Shown: positions 38,001-47,391, counted from the first letter of the stretch. The stretch is 48,041 nt of DNA from Parcubacteria group bacterium (GCA_943356745.1 CALRFT010000006.1:1-48041); one strand, 5' to 3'. Notes: generated by a model not told the origin, from the letters alone. Translations and numbers: made by a program.

Positions 38001-40609
38001 TGACTGAAGGATTGAATCAAGATTTTTCTTTGAATAATAATACTGCTGATATATCAACTCGATATATGTATGGTTTTGACAATAGAGAAGGAGAAGACAC
38101 ATTATCTCTCGGAATTAATATTTGTAATTTTAGGTCATTTAGAGAAAATGGTGAAGTTGATAGTAGGTATAATTTGTGTAATCTCTGGCAATATGAAGGA
38201 GGTGGATTAAATATAGAAGAGGGCGGAAGTGCGATTATTGAAGTACGAAGTCTTCACACTGATACTCCAGAAACAGCTGAGGTTCCTTCTTATCCAGCAT
38301 TTCGTATTCACGCATTAAGCGGAACAGGAACCCCTGCTGATGAATATATGTATGTTACTCCTGAAATGTTTGGAACTTCTGAAAAAATGTTCGCCTGGGC
38401 TCCAGGTATGACGGGTGCACTTACTACAAGTCAATCAACTTTAAATTATTATCAAACACACAAAATTCCACTGGTGAACGATGACTTCATAACAGTAGGA
38501 ACTGGTCCTGTTGTTGATACATCTTCAATAAAAGCTTTTAAAGATGATTTTGGATTTGTTTCTGGAAGAGATGCTAGTTACTTTAGTATGTATCGATATG
38601 CGGATGGAACTACTGAATCAGCAATGTCTCAAAATCCAAACCCAACAAAGGCAAGAATTAATTTCTTTAGAGATGGTCAGCTTGTAAAAACTGTAACGCC
38701 TAAGATGGATAGTTTCTTTGAAATGGCTGGTTCAAATATTCCAGATGAAGAAGGTGATCTGAAAGGAAATAATTATGGAGGTCCAGTTGTTGGAGACTAT
38801 CGAATTGAAATTGATAGAATAGGTAAATTTAATGGGCAGGAACAGGATGGATTTTTCTCAAGCGAGCTAGAGTTTGATATTTCTTCAAATATTGTTGACT
38901 CAACTCCTCCATTTATAAAAACTATTCAACTTGTTCAAGATGGAATTTTGCAAAATAACTTCGACCCCCAAAATCCGGGAACTTTGCGTCTATATGTTGA
39001 TCCAGGTAAAGGTATTCAATCTCACAACTTAACAGAAGACTCTGTAGGAGCTTATAATATTTCATTTATGAATGACTCTATCACTTCTATTACAGTTTTT
39101 GCAGGAGATTCATATAATCAATTGACCGCTCTGCCGAACCCTCAATTAACAGATGGTTACTATGCAGTGAATCTTGGTTCTCTTGTTGCAGCTCCTAACG
39201 AATACAAATATTTTAGAGTTGAAGTACAAGATGTTGCTGGAAATAAAATCAAATATAATTTTGCTATTGAAGTAGGTGAATCACTTACAATCGAGGATAT
39301 TGCAGATGAGTTACTTTTGGTTTGTGTTAAGAGTGCTCCTCTCATTGCTTACTCTCCAGCGACTCCATTGGTGATTGCTGGCGCACCGTATATTACATTC
39401 GATATGTCGATAAAAAATCAAGATTCTCAAGCTTGTGCTCCTACCGCACACACTGTTACACTTAAATCAAGCCAGTATCCTCCACTTAATAGTAATGCTA
39501 CAGGAACGCCAAAGATTAGAATGACTCAATGGAGTAATACACTTTCTCCAACATTTCCTACAACCACAAGTTATGTGTATACAAATCCTTACAATCCTGG
39601 CGCTACTATAGTTAGAAAAATTACTGTGAGAGCTGATGCCGGACTTGCTAACGGAAACTATCAAATTGGTGCAAGTGTAAAAGAGGGGCAAACCTCATCT
39701 ACATCACCATCTACAGAATTAACCAATCTATTTGTTGATGTTGGAGTTGTTTCAGATGATCCAATTGATACACCAACTTGTACACCAAACACAACAAGCG
39801 TTACACTGAATCCTTCGCAGTCTACAATCGACTCAGGTGGTCCTGTAACATCATTCGGATTTACAATTACAAACAATGACTCAGCTCCTTGTTCACCTTC
39901 AAGCTTCTCTCTAGCATTTGATACCGATCAATTCCCAGCATCAATATCTGGAACAAGGAAGATTCGAGGTAGTGCGACAAATACGAGTTCATTTACAACA
40001 ACAGAGTTTACGATTGCAAGTGGTTCATTAAATCCTGGACAGTCTTACACTGGAACAGGGTACCTTCGAGCTGATACCTATTTCCCAAATGGTTCATATC
40101 AAATTGGAGCAGTGCTTACTGATACAACAAACAATCAAACTCAAACAGTTCCTATGACTGTGGTTGTGAATGGGGCTGAAACAGAAAATCCAACAGGGGG
40201 AACATGTACAAGAAACCCTGCTACCGTTACCCCGATTGGTCTGATTGCTAGTCATCCAAATACAGAACTTACAACAAAAGCATACCAACTATCAATCACA
40301 AATAATGATAGTACTGGTTGTCCAAATACAACATTCAAAGTACTCATTACAGAACCGCTGGATGGATTTGGTTTAGGAAAATCAAATCTAGTAACACCGC
40401 AAAATAATCAAAACAAATTTGATCATTTCTGGTCTCTAGCTCCAGGACAGACACAAGTAAAAAATGTGTTTTATAGGAATTTTGGTTCCGTGACAGATCA
40501 GTTAGTGCCGTTGACTGTTCAAGTTACCGACATAACTCAAGTAGGTGGAGGTTCAACACATACACCTGCAACATTGCAAGGTTCAATCAAGTTTGGAAAT
40601 CCTCAGTAA
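35045..40609 (+). CDS. Large membrane-anchored S8 subtilase (Vpr-like) with Ig-like and three NEW3-like C-terminal repeats
   Basis: Catalytic triad GVVDTGVD / HGTHVA / GTSMATP, oxyanion AAGNDG, N-terminal TM and prodomain; C-terminal repeats C...I(K/T)N(Q/N)DSxxC. Confidence 0.9.
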   Translation: MIKNMFSEKVSTSKKTLTAVFVVGVLLFSALVINSIQQKTNLQAQSGFLVRTLSNLIGSRLDPLKNIPNDNLTFSSESAQQNNAILFTEEGQPIIDFNNLDSIKNSSATGSSSGFFILPEDKDPLGVNSYIVTFKADPIAEKAKNVLASQGKEILPGEKNKEALKQDLQKIKPQIDSQKTLIANQQNGLLTKVGSEFGDVKSTRGSVKVYNDGQKEVTVRQLKSAINAVTISNVTEDEIKQLTRGVSNIERIEKAQLITADLTDTAEIINTEQLQQYLGANGVPLTGQGTIIGVVDTGVDYTHQDLGSCSFLLEAGCKVAYGYDFVNNDPDPMDDQGHGTHVAATAAGNGYYTQSNGNTQPLLGIAPDATIYAFKVLGANGSGSNVGVIAAMEACVDPNGDGDISDRVTVCTLSLGSANGNPTDATSLAADAAVDAGVIMTIAAGNDGPGPETIGSPGTSRKAITVGAACKPSQVGNDALCNEAVASFSSRGPVLFSENGQNISINKPDVVSPGVSICAAQWGDWLQGKSCLGDNQHIAINGTSMATPTVAGLMALLAQAHPEKSVAELKEALMTSATDLNLPVSVQGQGLVDGQAALETLGIPNAFVQIQGLPFNVNDTGNSQTASYSKQLTLTNTSNTPLNLTATRVTSNAGVDLTFPGTVSIPVGGQQNFNITMGIDHTQAISGNTKETIKLMNGSESVNLTISRKTPDYLTTNKTKLDFGLFHASQANFSATLPIQLTNRMNFQGETYDVVIDESLIQTPYQDNITVTPSSSQITLNAGQQTTLNVSMSALSATGNILPNKEYKVILKLVSDKETIPIELTLFRGYSFELYYGNVVPDMATVSGSTWQLSYVPNPQAQSMIFKTTQQGPYHAIGIYTDNQSGFQRLTTIYQHDIGLNGSTGVVTYDISKNKAEHRIENTYSGNACVFRTIPDTGEWSRGLTSSIGGKIAVEYNTIPENMHFSLICGDLMPANDRIIFSQIYLTEGLNQDFSLNNNTADISTRYMYGFDNREGEDTLSLGINICNFRSFRENGEVDSRYNLCNLWQYEGGGLNIEEGGSAIIEVRSLHTDTPETAEVPSYPAFRIHALSGTGTPADEYMYVTPEMFGTSEKMFAWAPGMTGALTTSQSTLNYYQTHKIPLVNDDFITVGTGPVVDTSSIKAFKDDFGFVSGRDASYFSMYRYADGTTESAMSQNPNPTKARINFFRDGQLVKTVTPKMDSFFEMAGSNIPDEEGDLKGNNYGGPVVGDYRIEIDRIGKFNGQEQDGFFSSELEFDISSNIVDSTPPFIKTIQLVQDGILQNNFDPQNPGTLRLYVDPGKGIQSHNLTEDSVGAYNISFMNDSITSITVFAGDSYNQLTALPNPQLTDGYYAVNLGSLVAAPNEYKYFRVEVQDVAGNKIKYNFAIEVGESLTIEDIADELLLVCVKSAPLIAYSPATPLVIAGAPYITFDMSIKNQDSQACAPTAHTVTLKSSQYPPLNSNATGTPKIRMTQWSNTLSPTFPTTTSYVYTNPYNPGATIVRKITVRADAGLANGNYQIGASVKEGQTSSTSPSTELTNLFVDVGVVSDDPIDTPTCTPNTTSVTLNPSQSTIDSGGPVTSFGFTITNNDSAPCSPSSFSLAFDTDQFPASISGTRKIRGSATNTSSFTTTEFTIASGSLNPGQSYTGTGYLRADTYFPNGSYQIGAVLTDTTNNQTQTVPMTVVVNGAETENPTGGTCTRNPATVTPIGLIASHPNTELTTKAYQLSITNNDSTGCPNTTFKVLITEPLDGFGLGKSNLVTPQNNQNKFDHFWSLAPGQTQVKNVFYRNFGSVTDQLVPLTVQVTDITQVGGGSTHTPATLQGSIKFGNPQ

Positions 40610-40615
40610 TAATCT

Positions 40616-40650
40616 AAGAAAAAAGCCTTATTTAAAGGCTTTTTTCTTTT
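40616..40650 (+). terminator. Intrinsic terminator
   Basis: AAGAAAAAAGCCTT-attta-AAGGCTTTTTTCTT. Confidence 0.8.
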
Positions 40651-40728
40651 ATTGCAATTCATGTAAATTATTGCAAAATGCTTATTTTAAAACGTTTTTA
40701 TTGTTGTTTTGTGATATAATCTAGTCAT

Positions 40729-42777
40729 ATGGCAATCAATAAAAAAGAAGAAAAAGTCGAAAAGAAAAGCTATTCTGCAAAAGATATCTCTGTTCTTGAA
40801 GGACTCGAACCAGTACGAAAAAGACCAGGTATGTATATTGGTTCAACAGGACCACAGGGACTTCACCATCTTGTTTGGGAGATTTTTGACAACTCTCGAG
40901 ATGAGGCAATGGCTGGAGAAGCAGACAAGATTGAACTTGTTCTTCTTCCTGGAAATAGAATCCGAGTTGCTGATAACGGACGAGGTATCCCAGTTGATAA
41001 GCACCCAAAAACAAAAGTTTCTGCACTTGAAACAATCATGACGGTTCTTCATGCCGGAGGAAAATTTGGAGATGGTGGATATCAGGTTTCAGGAGGGCTC
41101 CACGGAGTAGGTGCTTCTGTTGTAAACGCACTTTCTGTCTATACTCGAGCAGAGGTTCACAAAGAAGGTGGAATTTATGTTCAAGAATATTCTATCGGAA
41201 AGAAAAAAGCAGATGTTAAAAAAATAGGTTCAACAGATTACCGAGGAACCATAATGACATTTGAACCAGATATAGAAATTTTTAAGGAAATAAAATTTAA
41301 TCTCGACACAATCATTAACCGAATCAGACAACAGGCTTACCTTGTGAAAGGTATGAAGGTTACTGTTATTGATGCTCGTGAGGTTGATAAGAAAATTGAC
41401 CCAACATCTACATTTTGGTTTAAAGATCAAGGTGTTGAAGCTCCATCTCAAACTTTTTATTTTGAAGGAGGTCTGCAGTCTATGGTTGCTTTTTTTAACC
41501 AAGATCAAAAACCAGTTCATGACACAATTTTTTATGTAGAAAAACAGCAAGATGGAGTTGGTGTAGAAGTCGCACTTCAGTATGTGGATGATATTATTTC
41601 AAAAGTAAATGGTTTCGCAAATACAATTTTTACACCTGGAGGTGGAACACACATAACTGGATTTAAAACTGCTCTTACTAGAACAATTAATAACTATGTA
41701 AAAGCTAACAAGCTTGTTCCAGAAAAAGAAGGAACCTTTGATGGAACAGATGTTTTGGAAGGGCTTACGGCTGTTATTTCAGTAAAGCTCCCAGAGATTC
41801 AATTTGAGGGACAAACAAAAGATAAACTTGGTTCAGTAGAGGCTCGGGGAGCTGTTGAAACAGCTTTTGGAGAAGCTTTTACAGCTTATTTTGAAGAAAA
41901 TCCAGACGAGGCTCGAGCCATTATTAAAAAATCTCTTCTTGCACTTCGTGCTCGAAAAGCTGCTAAAGCTGCTAAAGATTCTGTTCTTCGAAAAGGTGCT
42001 TTGGAAGGGATGACACTTCCTGGAAAACTTGCAGATTGTCAGACAAAATCATCCGATGAAGCAGAACTCTTCATTGTAGAGGGAGACTCTGCGGGGGGTT
42101 CAGCAAAAATGGGGCGAGACAGACGAACACAAGCCGTTCTTCCACTTAAAGGAAAAATTTTGAACGTTGAACGAGCGCGACTCGATAAGATGCTCGCTTC
42201 AAAAGAAGTAAAAGCTCTTGTGATCGCACTTGGAACTTCAATTGGTGATACCTTTGATTTAGACCGTGCCCGATATAAGAAAATTATTATCGCAACAGAT
42301 GCTGATGTTGACGGTTCTCACATTCAAACTCTCTTGCTTACATTGTTCTATAGACACTTCAGAGAAATTATCGATGCTGGATACTTGTATCTTGCACAGC
42401 CACCACTTTATAAAATTGTAAAAGGAAAAGATATTCGTTATGCATATAACGATGATGAAAAACACAAGATTGTAAAAGAGCTTGGTGGTGAAGTTGAAGA
42501 AGTTTCTGAGGAAGGAGATGAAAAAGAAGAAGAGGAAGAAAAAGAAAAGAAATCAAACAATAAAATTAAGATTCAACGATACAAGGGACTTGGAGAAATG
42601 AATCCTGAAGAGCTTCGGGAGACAACCTTGGATAAAGAAAAGAGAGTCTTGAAACAAATTAATGTCAATGATGCAATTGAGGCTGACAAGATATTTGATA
42701 CCCTTATGGGATCACTTGTTCCACCTAGAAAATCATTTATTCAAAATAATGCAAAACTTGCAGATATTGATCTCTAA
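40729..42777 (+). CDS. gyrB: DNA gyrase subunit B (type IIA topoisomerase B subunit)
   Basis: LEGLEPVRKRPGMYIG, DNGRGIP, GGLHGVG, EGDSAGGSAK, PLKGKILN, TDADVDG and RYKGLGEM. Confidence 0.93.
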   Translation: MAINKKEEKVEKKSYSAKDISVLEGLEPVRKRPGMYIGSTGPQGLHHLVWEIFDNSRDEAMAGEADKIELVLLPGNRIRVADNGRGIPVDKHPKTKVSALETIMTVLHAGGKFGDGGYQVSGGLHGVGASVVNALSVYTRAEVHKEGGIYVQEYSIGKKKADVKKIGSTDYRGTIMTFEPDIEIFKEIKFNLDTIINRIRQQAYLVKGMKVTVIDAREVDKKIDPTSTFWFKDQGVEAPSQTFYFEGGLQSMVAFFNQDQKPVHDTIFYVEKQQDGVGVEVALQYVDDIISKVNGFANTIFTPGGGTHITGFKTALTRTINNYVKANKLVPEKEGTFDGTDVLEGLTAVISVKLPEIQFEGQTKDKLGSVEARGAVETAFGEAFTAYFEENPDEARAIIKKSLLALRARKAAKAAKDSVLRKGALEGMTLPGKLADCQTKSSDEAELFIVEGDSAGGSAKMGRDRRTQAVLPLKGKILNVERARLDKMLASKEVKALVIALGTSIGDTFDLDRARYKKIIIATDADVDGSHIQTLLLTLFYRHFREIIDAGYLYLAQPPLYKIVKGKDIRYAYNDDEKHKIVKELGGEVEEVSEEGDEKEEEEEKEKKSNNKIKIQRYKGLGEMNPEELRETTLDKEKRVLKQINVNDAIEADKIFDTLMGSLVPPRKSFIQNNAKLADIDL

Positions 42778-42807
42778 AAGAAAAAGCGCCTCGCGGCGCT
42801 TTTTCTT
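42778..42807. terminator. Bidirectional terminator
   Basis: AAGAAAAAGCGCC-tcgc-GGCGCTTTTTCTT between convergent genes. Confidence 0.85.
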
Positions 42808-42994
42808 ATGAAAGAGATGATTTAATCATCTCTTTTAATTCCTTGATATGGTTTTCCTTGTCATTGACGAGGTTTTTCCAAAAGACTCTTTCTTCTTCAG
42901 AAGAAGCCTCTTCAAGGTAATGTTTTTTGATTCTCCAAAGACTTTTCTGCTCAGTGGTCATTTGGGTCATCAGGTTGTAAATATGGTTATCCAT
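42806..42994 (-). CDS. Small hypothetical protein (half-ferritin/rubrerythrin-like two-helix unit)
   Basis: DNHIYNL...EQKSLWRIKKHY...FW..L..DKENHIKEL; contains ExxH. Confidence 0.7.
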   Translation of the reverse strand: MDNHIYNLMTQMTTEQKSLWRIKKHYLEEASSEEERVFWKNLVNDKENHIKELKEMIKSSLS

Positions 42995-43123
42995 TGTAAA
43001 TCTTGATTAGATTTATAAGGCGTTAATCCCGTTTTACCCCCAAAATCATTATATACTATTTAAAATAAAGATTTTTGCCCAGGTACTTGCTTTTTTATGG
43101 TTTTAGGATATACTATTTTCGTT

Positions 43124-43330
43124 ATGGTAATTCGAATGAGACACACACGATCGCACACAAAAAATCGCCGATCGCATCATAAAGTAGCAAACCCTGCAAT
43201 TTCTATTGATAAAGAGACAGGTACTCCTCACTTGCGACACCGAGTGTCTTTGGAGACTGGAATGTATCGAGGAAGAAAGGTTTTGAACACAACTAAAAAA
43301 GTTGAGAAAAAAATCGCAAAGAAGGCTTAG
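43124..43330 (+). CDS. rpmF: 50S ribosomal protein L32, Cys-free form
   Basis: RHTRSHTKNRRSH, HLRHRV and GMYRGRKV; ATG 43124 lies 9 nt after TATACT. Confidence 0.9.
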   Translation: MVIRMRHTRSHTKNRRSHHKVANPAISIDKETGTPHLRHRVSLETGMYRGRKVLNTTKKVEKKIAKKA

Positions 43331-43355
43331 TCCTTCTTTGCGATTTTCTCTTTTT
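43304..43355 (+). terminator. Hairpin formed with the rpmF 3' coding end, stop codon in the loop
   Basis: AAAATCGCAAAGAAGG-cttagt-CCTTCTTTGCGATTTT then CTC-TTTTT. Confidence 0.7.
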
Positions 43356-43422
43356 CCTATATACTACATACTGTTATTAGATTATTTATAACGAGTTCTT
43401 TTTCGTTCTTAACTTACAATTT

Positions 43423-44340
43423 ATGGCAAATAGGCACCTTCAACGTTCAATAGTTTTACAAACCCTCTTTGAGTGGGATTTTAATCAGGATAAAGAAGAT
43501 TTTGATATTGTTGCATCGCTTCATCGAAATATTGATGAATTCGCACCAGGTCTTACGGATCGGGCTTTTATGGAATATTTACTTCTGCTTGTGCACAAGA
43601 AAAGAAATCTTGTGGATGAAGTAATTACAAAAGCAGCACCGGAATGGCCAATCGAAAAGATTGCAAATGTCGATCGAAATATTCTCCGTCTTGGATTAAC
43701 CGAGCTCTTGTTTGGAGAGCGTGATCAAGTTCCACCAAAGGTTGCTATCAATGAAGCAATCGAACTTGCAAAAACATTTGGAGGAGATAAAAGTTTTAAA
43801 TTTATCAATGGAGTTCTTGGGGCGGTTTACAAAGAAATTGGTGAACCAGGAAAAGAGCAGGCAAGTAAACCAAAGAAAAAGAAAGTTGATGAACCAATTG
43901 ATCCAGAAAAACTTCCTATTGAAAAGAAGGCTGGAGCGCTTGTCTATGCTATGGATGGTGATGAAATAAAATTTGCTTTTGTGCATGATGTTTTTGGCTA
44001 TTGGACAATTGCAAAAGGTGGAGTTGAAGAAGGGGAAGATTCAAAAGATGGAGCTATAAGAAAGGTAAAAGAAAAAATAGGTGTTGATATTGAAATAATA
44101 GATTTGTTGGGAGAAAACGAATATATTGCTTCTCATCCAGAAAAAGGAAAACTTCGAAAACAAGTAAGTTATTTTCTTGGTAAGTCTAATTTTGTTCCAC
44201 TTACTTTGAGTAAGGATGCTGGAGGGCTTAACGATGCAAAATGGTTCGATCTTTCTGAACTTCAGCAGGACTTTAATACCTATGACGATATTTACCCTTT
44301 GATTGCTCGTGCTGTCACAATTATTACACAGGCTAACTAG
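43423..44340 (+). CDS. nusB: Transcription antitermination factor NusB fused to a degenerate Nudix domain
   Basis: RHLQRSIVLQTLFE, DRNILR, VAINEAIELAKTFG and FINGVLG, then a Nudix fold (AGALV, WTIAKG, AKWF). Confidence 0.9.
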   Translation: MANRHLQRSIVLQTLFEWDFNQDKEDFDIVASLHRNIDEFAPGLTDRAFMEYLLLLVHKKRNLVDEVITKAAPEWPIEKIANVDRNILRLGLTELLFGERDQVPPKVAINEAIELAKTFGGDKSFKFINGVLGAVYKEIGEPGKEQASKPKKKKVDEPIDPEKLPIEKKAGALVYAMDGDEIKFAFVHDVFGYWTIAKGGVEEGEDSKDGAIRKVKEKIGVDIEIIDLLGENEYIASHPEKGKLRKQVSYFLGKSNFVPLTLSKDAGGLNDAKWFDLSELQQDFNTYDDIYPLIARAVTIITQAN

Positions 44341-44345
44341 AAAAT

Positions 44346-45044
44346 ATGAAAGATTTTACTGAATTTGAAAAAAGAATTGGAGTTACTTTTCAAGATAAAA
44401 GTATTTTACAACAAGCTTTTACTCACCGTTCGTACATCAACGAACACCCAGGTCTTGATATCAAACACAATGAAAGATTAGAGTTCTTAGGGGACGCAGT
44501 TCTTGAACTTGTTTCAACCGAAGAACTTTTTAAAAGATATCCTGATGTACCAGAAGGAGAGCTTACTGCATACCGAGCCGCAATGGTAAATACAGTTTCT
44601 CTCGCGGAAACATCGAGTGAAATTGGACTTGATTCTTTTTTGCTTCTTTCAAAAGGAGAATCAAAAGATAAAGGAAAAGGACGCTCAAATATATTAGCAA
44701 ACACTTTTGAGTCAGTGGTTGGGGCTTTATATTTGGATCAAGGGTATTCAGCAGCTCAAAAGTTTATTGCTGACACTTTGTTCCCTAAAATACAAGAAAT
44801 TGTAGATAAAAAACTATATCGAGACGCAAAGAGTCTCGTGCAGGAAATGTCTCAAGAAAAACTTGGAGTTACTCCTTCATATGAAATTATCAGTGAAAAA
44901 GGACCTGATCATGATAAGCATTTCACTGCTGGAATTTATTTTGGAGAAGAGCTCGCTGCTCAAGGACGAGGCGCTTCAAAGCAAGAAGCTGAACAAGCCG
45001 CGGCTCGAAAGGCTCTCGAAGAACGAGGTTGGCTCGATGATTAA
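44346..45044 (+). CDS. rnc: Ribonuclease III
   Basis: AFTHRS, NERLEFLGDAVL and a dsRBD (GPDHDKHF, SKQEAEQAAA). Confidence 0.97.
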   Translation: MKDFTEFEKRIGVTFQDKSILQQAFTHRSYINEHPGLDIKHNERLEFLGDAVLELVSTEELFKRYPDVPEGELTAYRAAMVNTVSLAETSSEIGLDSFLLLSKGESKDKGKGRSNILANTFESVVGALYLDQGYSAAQKFIADTLFPKIQEIVDKKLYRDAKSLVQEMSQEKLGVTPSYEIISEKGPDHDKHFTAGIYFGEELAAQGRGASKQEAEQAAARKALEERGWLDD

Positions 45045-45049
45045 TTAAC

Positions 45050-45076
45050 AAAATCCCTTATTGTAAGGGATTTTTT
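45050..45076 (+). terminator. Terminator-like hairpin abutting the smc -10 box
   Basis: AAAATCCCTTA-ttg-TAAGGGATTTT, then TGgTACAAT. Confidence 0.7.
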
Positions 45077-45099
45077 AATGGTACAATATACAAGTATCT

Positions 45100-47358
45100 A
45101 TGCTTAAAAGTCTTGAATTAAACGGTTTTAAATCATTTGCTAAAAAATCCGAACTCGAGTTCGGTTCTTCAGTTTCGGCGATTGTTGGACCAAATGGTTC
45201 AGGAAAATCAAATGTCGTAGAGGCATTTCGATTTGTGCTCGGAGAACAGTCTATCAAATCAATGAGGGGAAAATCAGGAAGTGACCTTATCTTTAAAGGA
45301 TCAAAAACAATTGCAAAGCTAAACAGAGCAAAGGTTACTATTGTTTTTGATAATAAAAAAAAAGTTTTTAAATTGTCAGCTTCTGAAGGTGAACAAACTC
45401 TCAATCTTGATTTTGATGATATTGAAATCGCTCGAGAAGTTTTTGCTGATGGGACAAATAAATATACGATCAATAACACTGAAGTTCGTTTGAAAGATAT
45501 TCATGAACTTCTTGCCTCTGTACATGTTGGTTCATCTGGTCATCATATTATCTCTCAAGGTCAAGCCGATAGACTTTTGTCATCAAATGGAAAAGAAAGA
45601 CGCCAGATGATTGAAGACGCACTTGGGCTCAAAGTTTATCAAACAAAAATAAAAGACGCTGAGAAGCGGCTTGAAAAAACAGATCAAAATATTAAAGAAG
45701 TTGAATCACTCAGAAGAGAAATTGCACCTCATTTACGATATTTGCGAAAACAGGTTGAAAAGGTAAAACAATCAGAAGAACTCCGAAACTCTCTCGCTGG
45801 AATGTATCGAGAATATCTTGCAAAGCAAAATTATCTTCTTAATAAAGAATATGAAGATTTAATTAAAGATCAGACAAGAATTACTGATGAGCTTTCAAGT
45901 CTTGATTCCAAACTTGCTGTGTTTGGAAATGAACAAAGTTTTGTTCCTGATGTAAACATTACAAAAGAAATTAATCAAGAATATGAATTAATTAAAAGTC
46001 TTTCTCTACAAAAAGAAGAATTATCTCGAACAATCACTCGTCTTGAGGTAATGCTTGAGATGTCTGAAAAAAAACATACCCCAAAACAAGAAACCTCACA
46101 ATATGTTTCAGTGAACAAACAAGACTTTGAAGTTTTTGTCAGAAATATGAATGTTTTTATTGATCAAGCATCTCAATCTCAAGATATTGTAAGTATTAAA
46201 AACATTGTTTCTCGAATCAAAGACTCTCTTTCACTTATTCAAAAATATGGAGAAGTTCAGGAAAGAGTAAATGAAAATGAACAAGTTTCCCAAGATTCTT
46301 TGAATTCTATGAGACAAGAACTTGCTTCGCTTTCTGTAAATTTCAAAGAGCTACTTACTGCTATTGATTCAAAACAGGCAAAGATTCGAGATTTTGAAAA
46401 ACAAATTGAATCAATGAGAAATGACTTTTATGCAAGCCAAAGAGAGCGGTTCGAGGTTGAGAAGGAACGTTCTCGGTTTGCTTCTCAGCAGGAGCTTGTT
46501 CATGAAAGAATTGGAAGAGTAAGAGAATCACGACAATTTTTGGAAGAGGAGATTAGAGAAGGAGTTATTTTAGTTGGAAGAGAAATTCTTTCTTACGGAG
46601 AAACAATTTTGTCCGATACAAATTTTGATAAAACAACAGTTGATGAGATTCGGAGAAATATTGAGCGAATCAAAATAAAACTTGAAGAAGCGGGCGCTTC
46701 ACAAGGTGAAGAAGTCTTGCAGGAGTTTCAAGAGGTTTCAGAACGTGATGCTTTCTTGGAAAAAGAACTTCTGGACTTATCTTCAGCTTTGGAATCACTG
46801 AAGCAGCTTATCTCCGATCTTAAACTGGCGCTTGATGAAGAATTTCAATCTGGAATTCAAAAGATTAACAAAGAGTTTCAAGAATTCTTTAGTCTTATGT
46901 TTGGAGGAGGTTCGGCAGGACTTTCTGTTGTTAAAAAACAAATCAAGAAAAAAGTTTCCGAAGATGAATCAGAAGAAGATTTAGAAGAAGAAAAACAACA
47001 AGAAGAAGGTGTTGAGATTGAGGTGAGTTTACCACACAAGAAAGTGAGAGAACTCACTATGCTTTCTGGAGGAGAACGTTCTCTGACTTCAATTGCACTT
47101 TTGTTTGCAATGTCACAAGTAAATCCACCACCATTTCTCGTACTCGATGAAACAGATGCGGCTCTTGATGAGGCAAACTCTCGCAGATATGGAGACATGA
47201 TTGAAAAACTTTCAGAATATTCTCAACTCATCGTTGTTACTCATAATCGAGAGACAATGTCTCGAGCAAAAACACTATACGGAGTTACTGTTGGAGCTGA
47301 TGGTGCTTCGAAGCTACTTTCAATTAAATTTGGCGATGCCGAGCAATATGCAAAATAA
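45100..47358 (+). CDS. smc: SMC-family ATPase, short form without a recognisable hinge
   Basis: LELNGFKSF, GPNGSGKSN, SQG, LSGGE, LVLDETDAALD and VVTH; follows rnc as canonical smc does. Confidence 0.88.
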   Translation: MLKSLELNGFKSFAKKSELEFGSSVSAIVGPNGSGKSNVVEAFRFVLGEQSIKSMRGKSGSDLIFKGSKTIAKLNRAKVTIVFDNKKKVFKLSASEGEQTLNLDFDDIEIAREVFADGTNKYTINNTEVRLKDIHELLASVHVGSSGHHIISQGQADRLLSSNGKERRQMIEDALGLKVYQTKIKDAEKRLEKTDQNIKEVESLRREIAPHLRYLRKQVEKVKQSEELRNSLAGMYREYLAKQNYLLNKEYEDLIKDQTRITDELSSLDSKLAVFGNEQSFVPDVNITKEINQEYELIKSLSLQKEELSRTITRLEVMLEMSEKKHTPKQETSQYVSVNKQDFEVFVRNMNVFIDQASQSQDIVSIKNIVSRIKDSLSLIQKYGEVQERVNENEQVSQDSLNSMRQELASLSVNFKELLTAIDSKQAKIRDFEKQIESMRNDFYASQRERFEVEKERSRFASQQELVHERIGRVRESRQFLEEEIREGVILVGREILSYGETILSDTNFDKTTVDEIRRNIERIKIKLEEAGASQGEEVLQEFQEVSERDAFLEKELLDLSSALESLKQLISDLKLALDEEFQSGIQKINKEFQEFFSLMFGGGSAGLSVVKKQIKKKVSEDESEEDLEEEKQQEEGVEIEVSLPHKKVRELTMLSGGERSLTSIALLFAMSQVNPPPFLVLDETDAALDEANSRRYGDMIEKLSEYSQLIVVTHNRETMSRAKTLYGVTVGADGASKLLSIKFGDAEQYAK

Positions 47359-47390
47359 ACCCGCTTACTTATGTAAGCGGGTTTTTTTGT
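47357..47390. terminator. Bidirectional terminator
   Basis: AAACCCGCTTAC-ttat-GTAAGCGGGTTT. Confidence 0.85.
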
Positions 47391-47391
47391 T

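Noticed and set aside
25623-42777. gatCA without gatB and gyrB without gyrA
   Set aside because: Split operons are common and the partners are probably elsewhere; this cannot be judged from the window.
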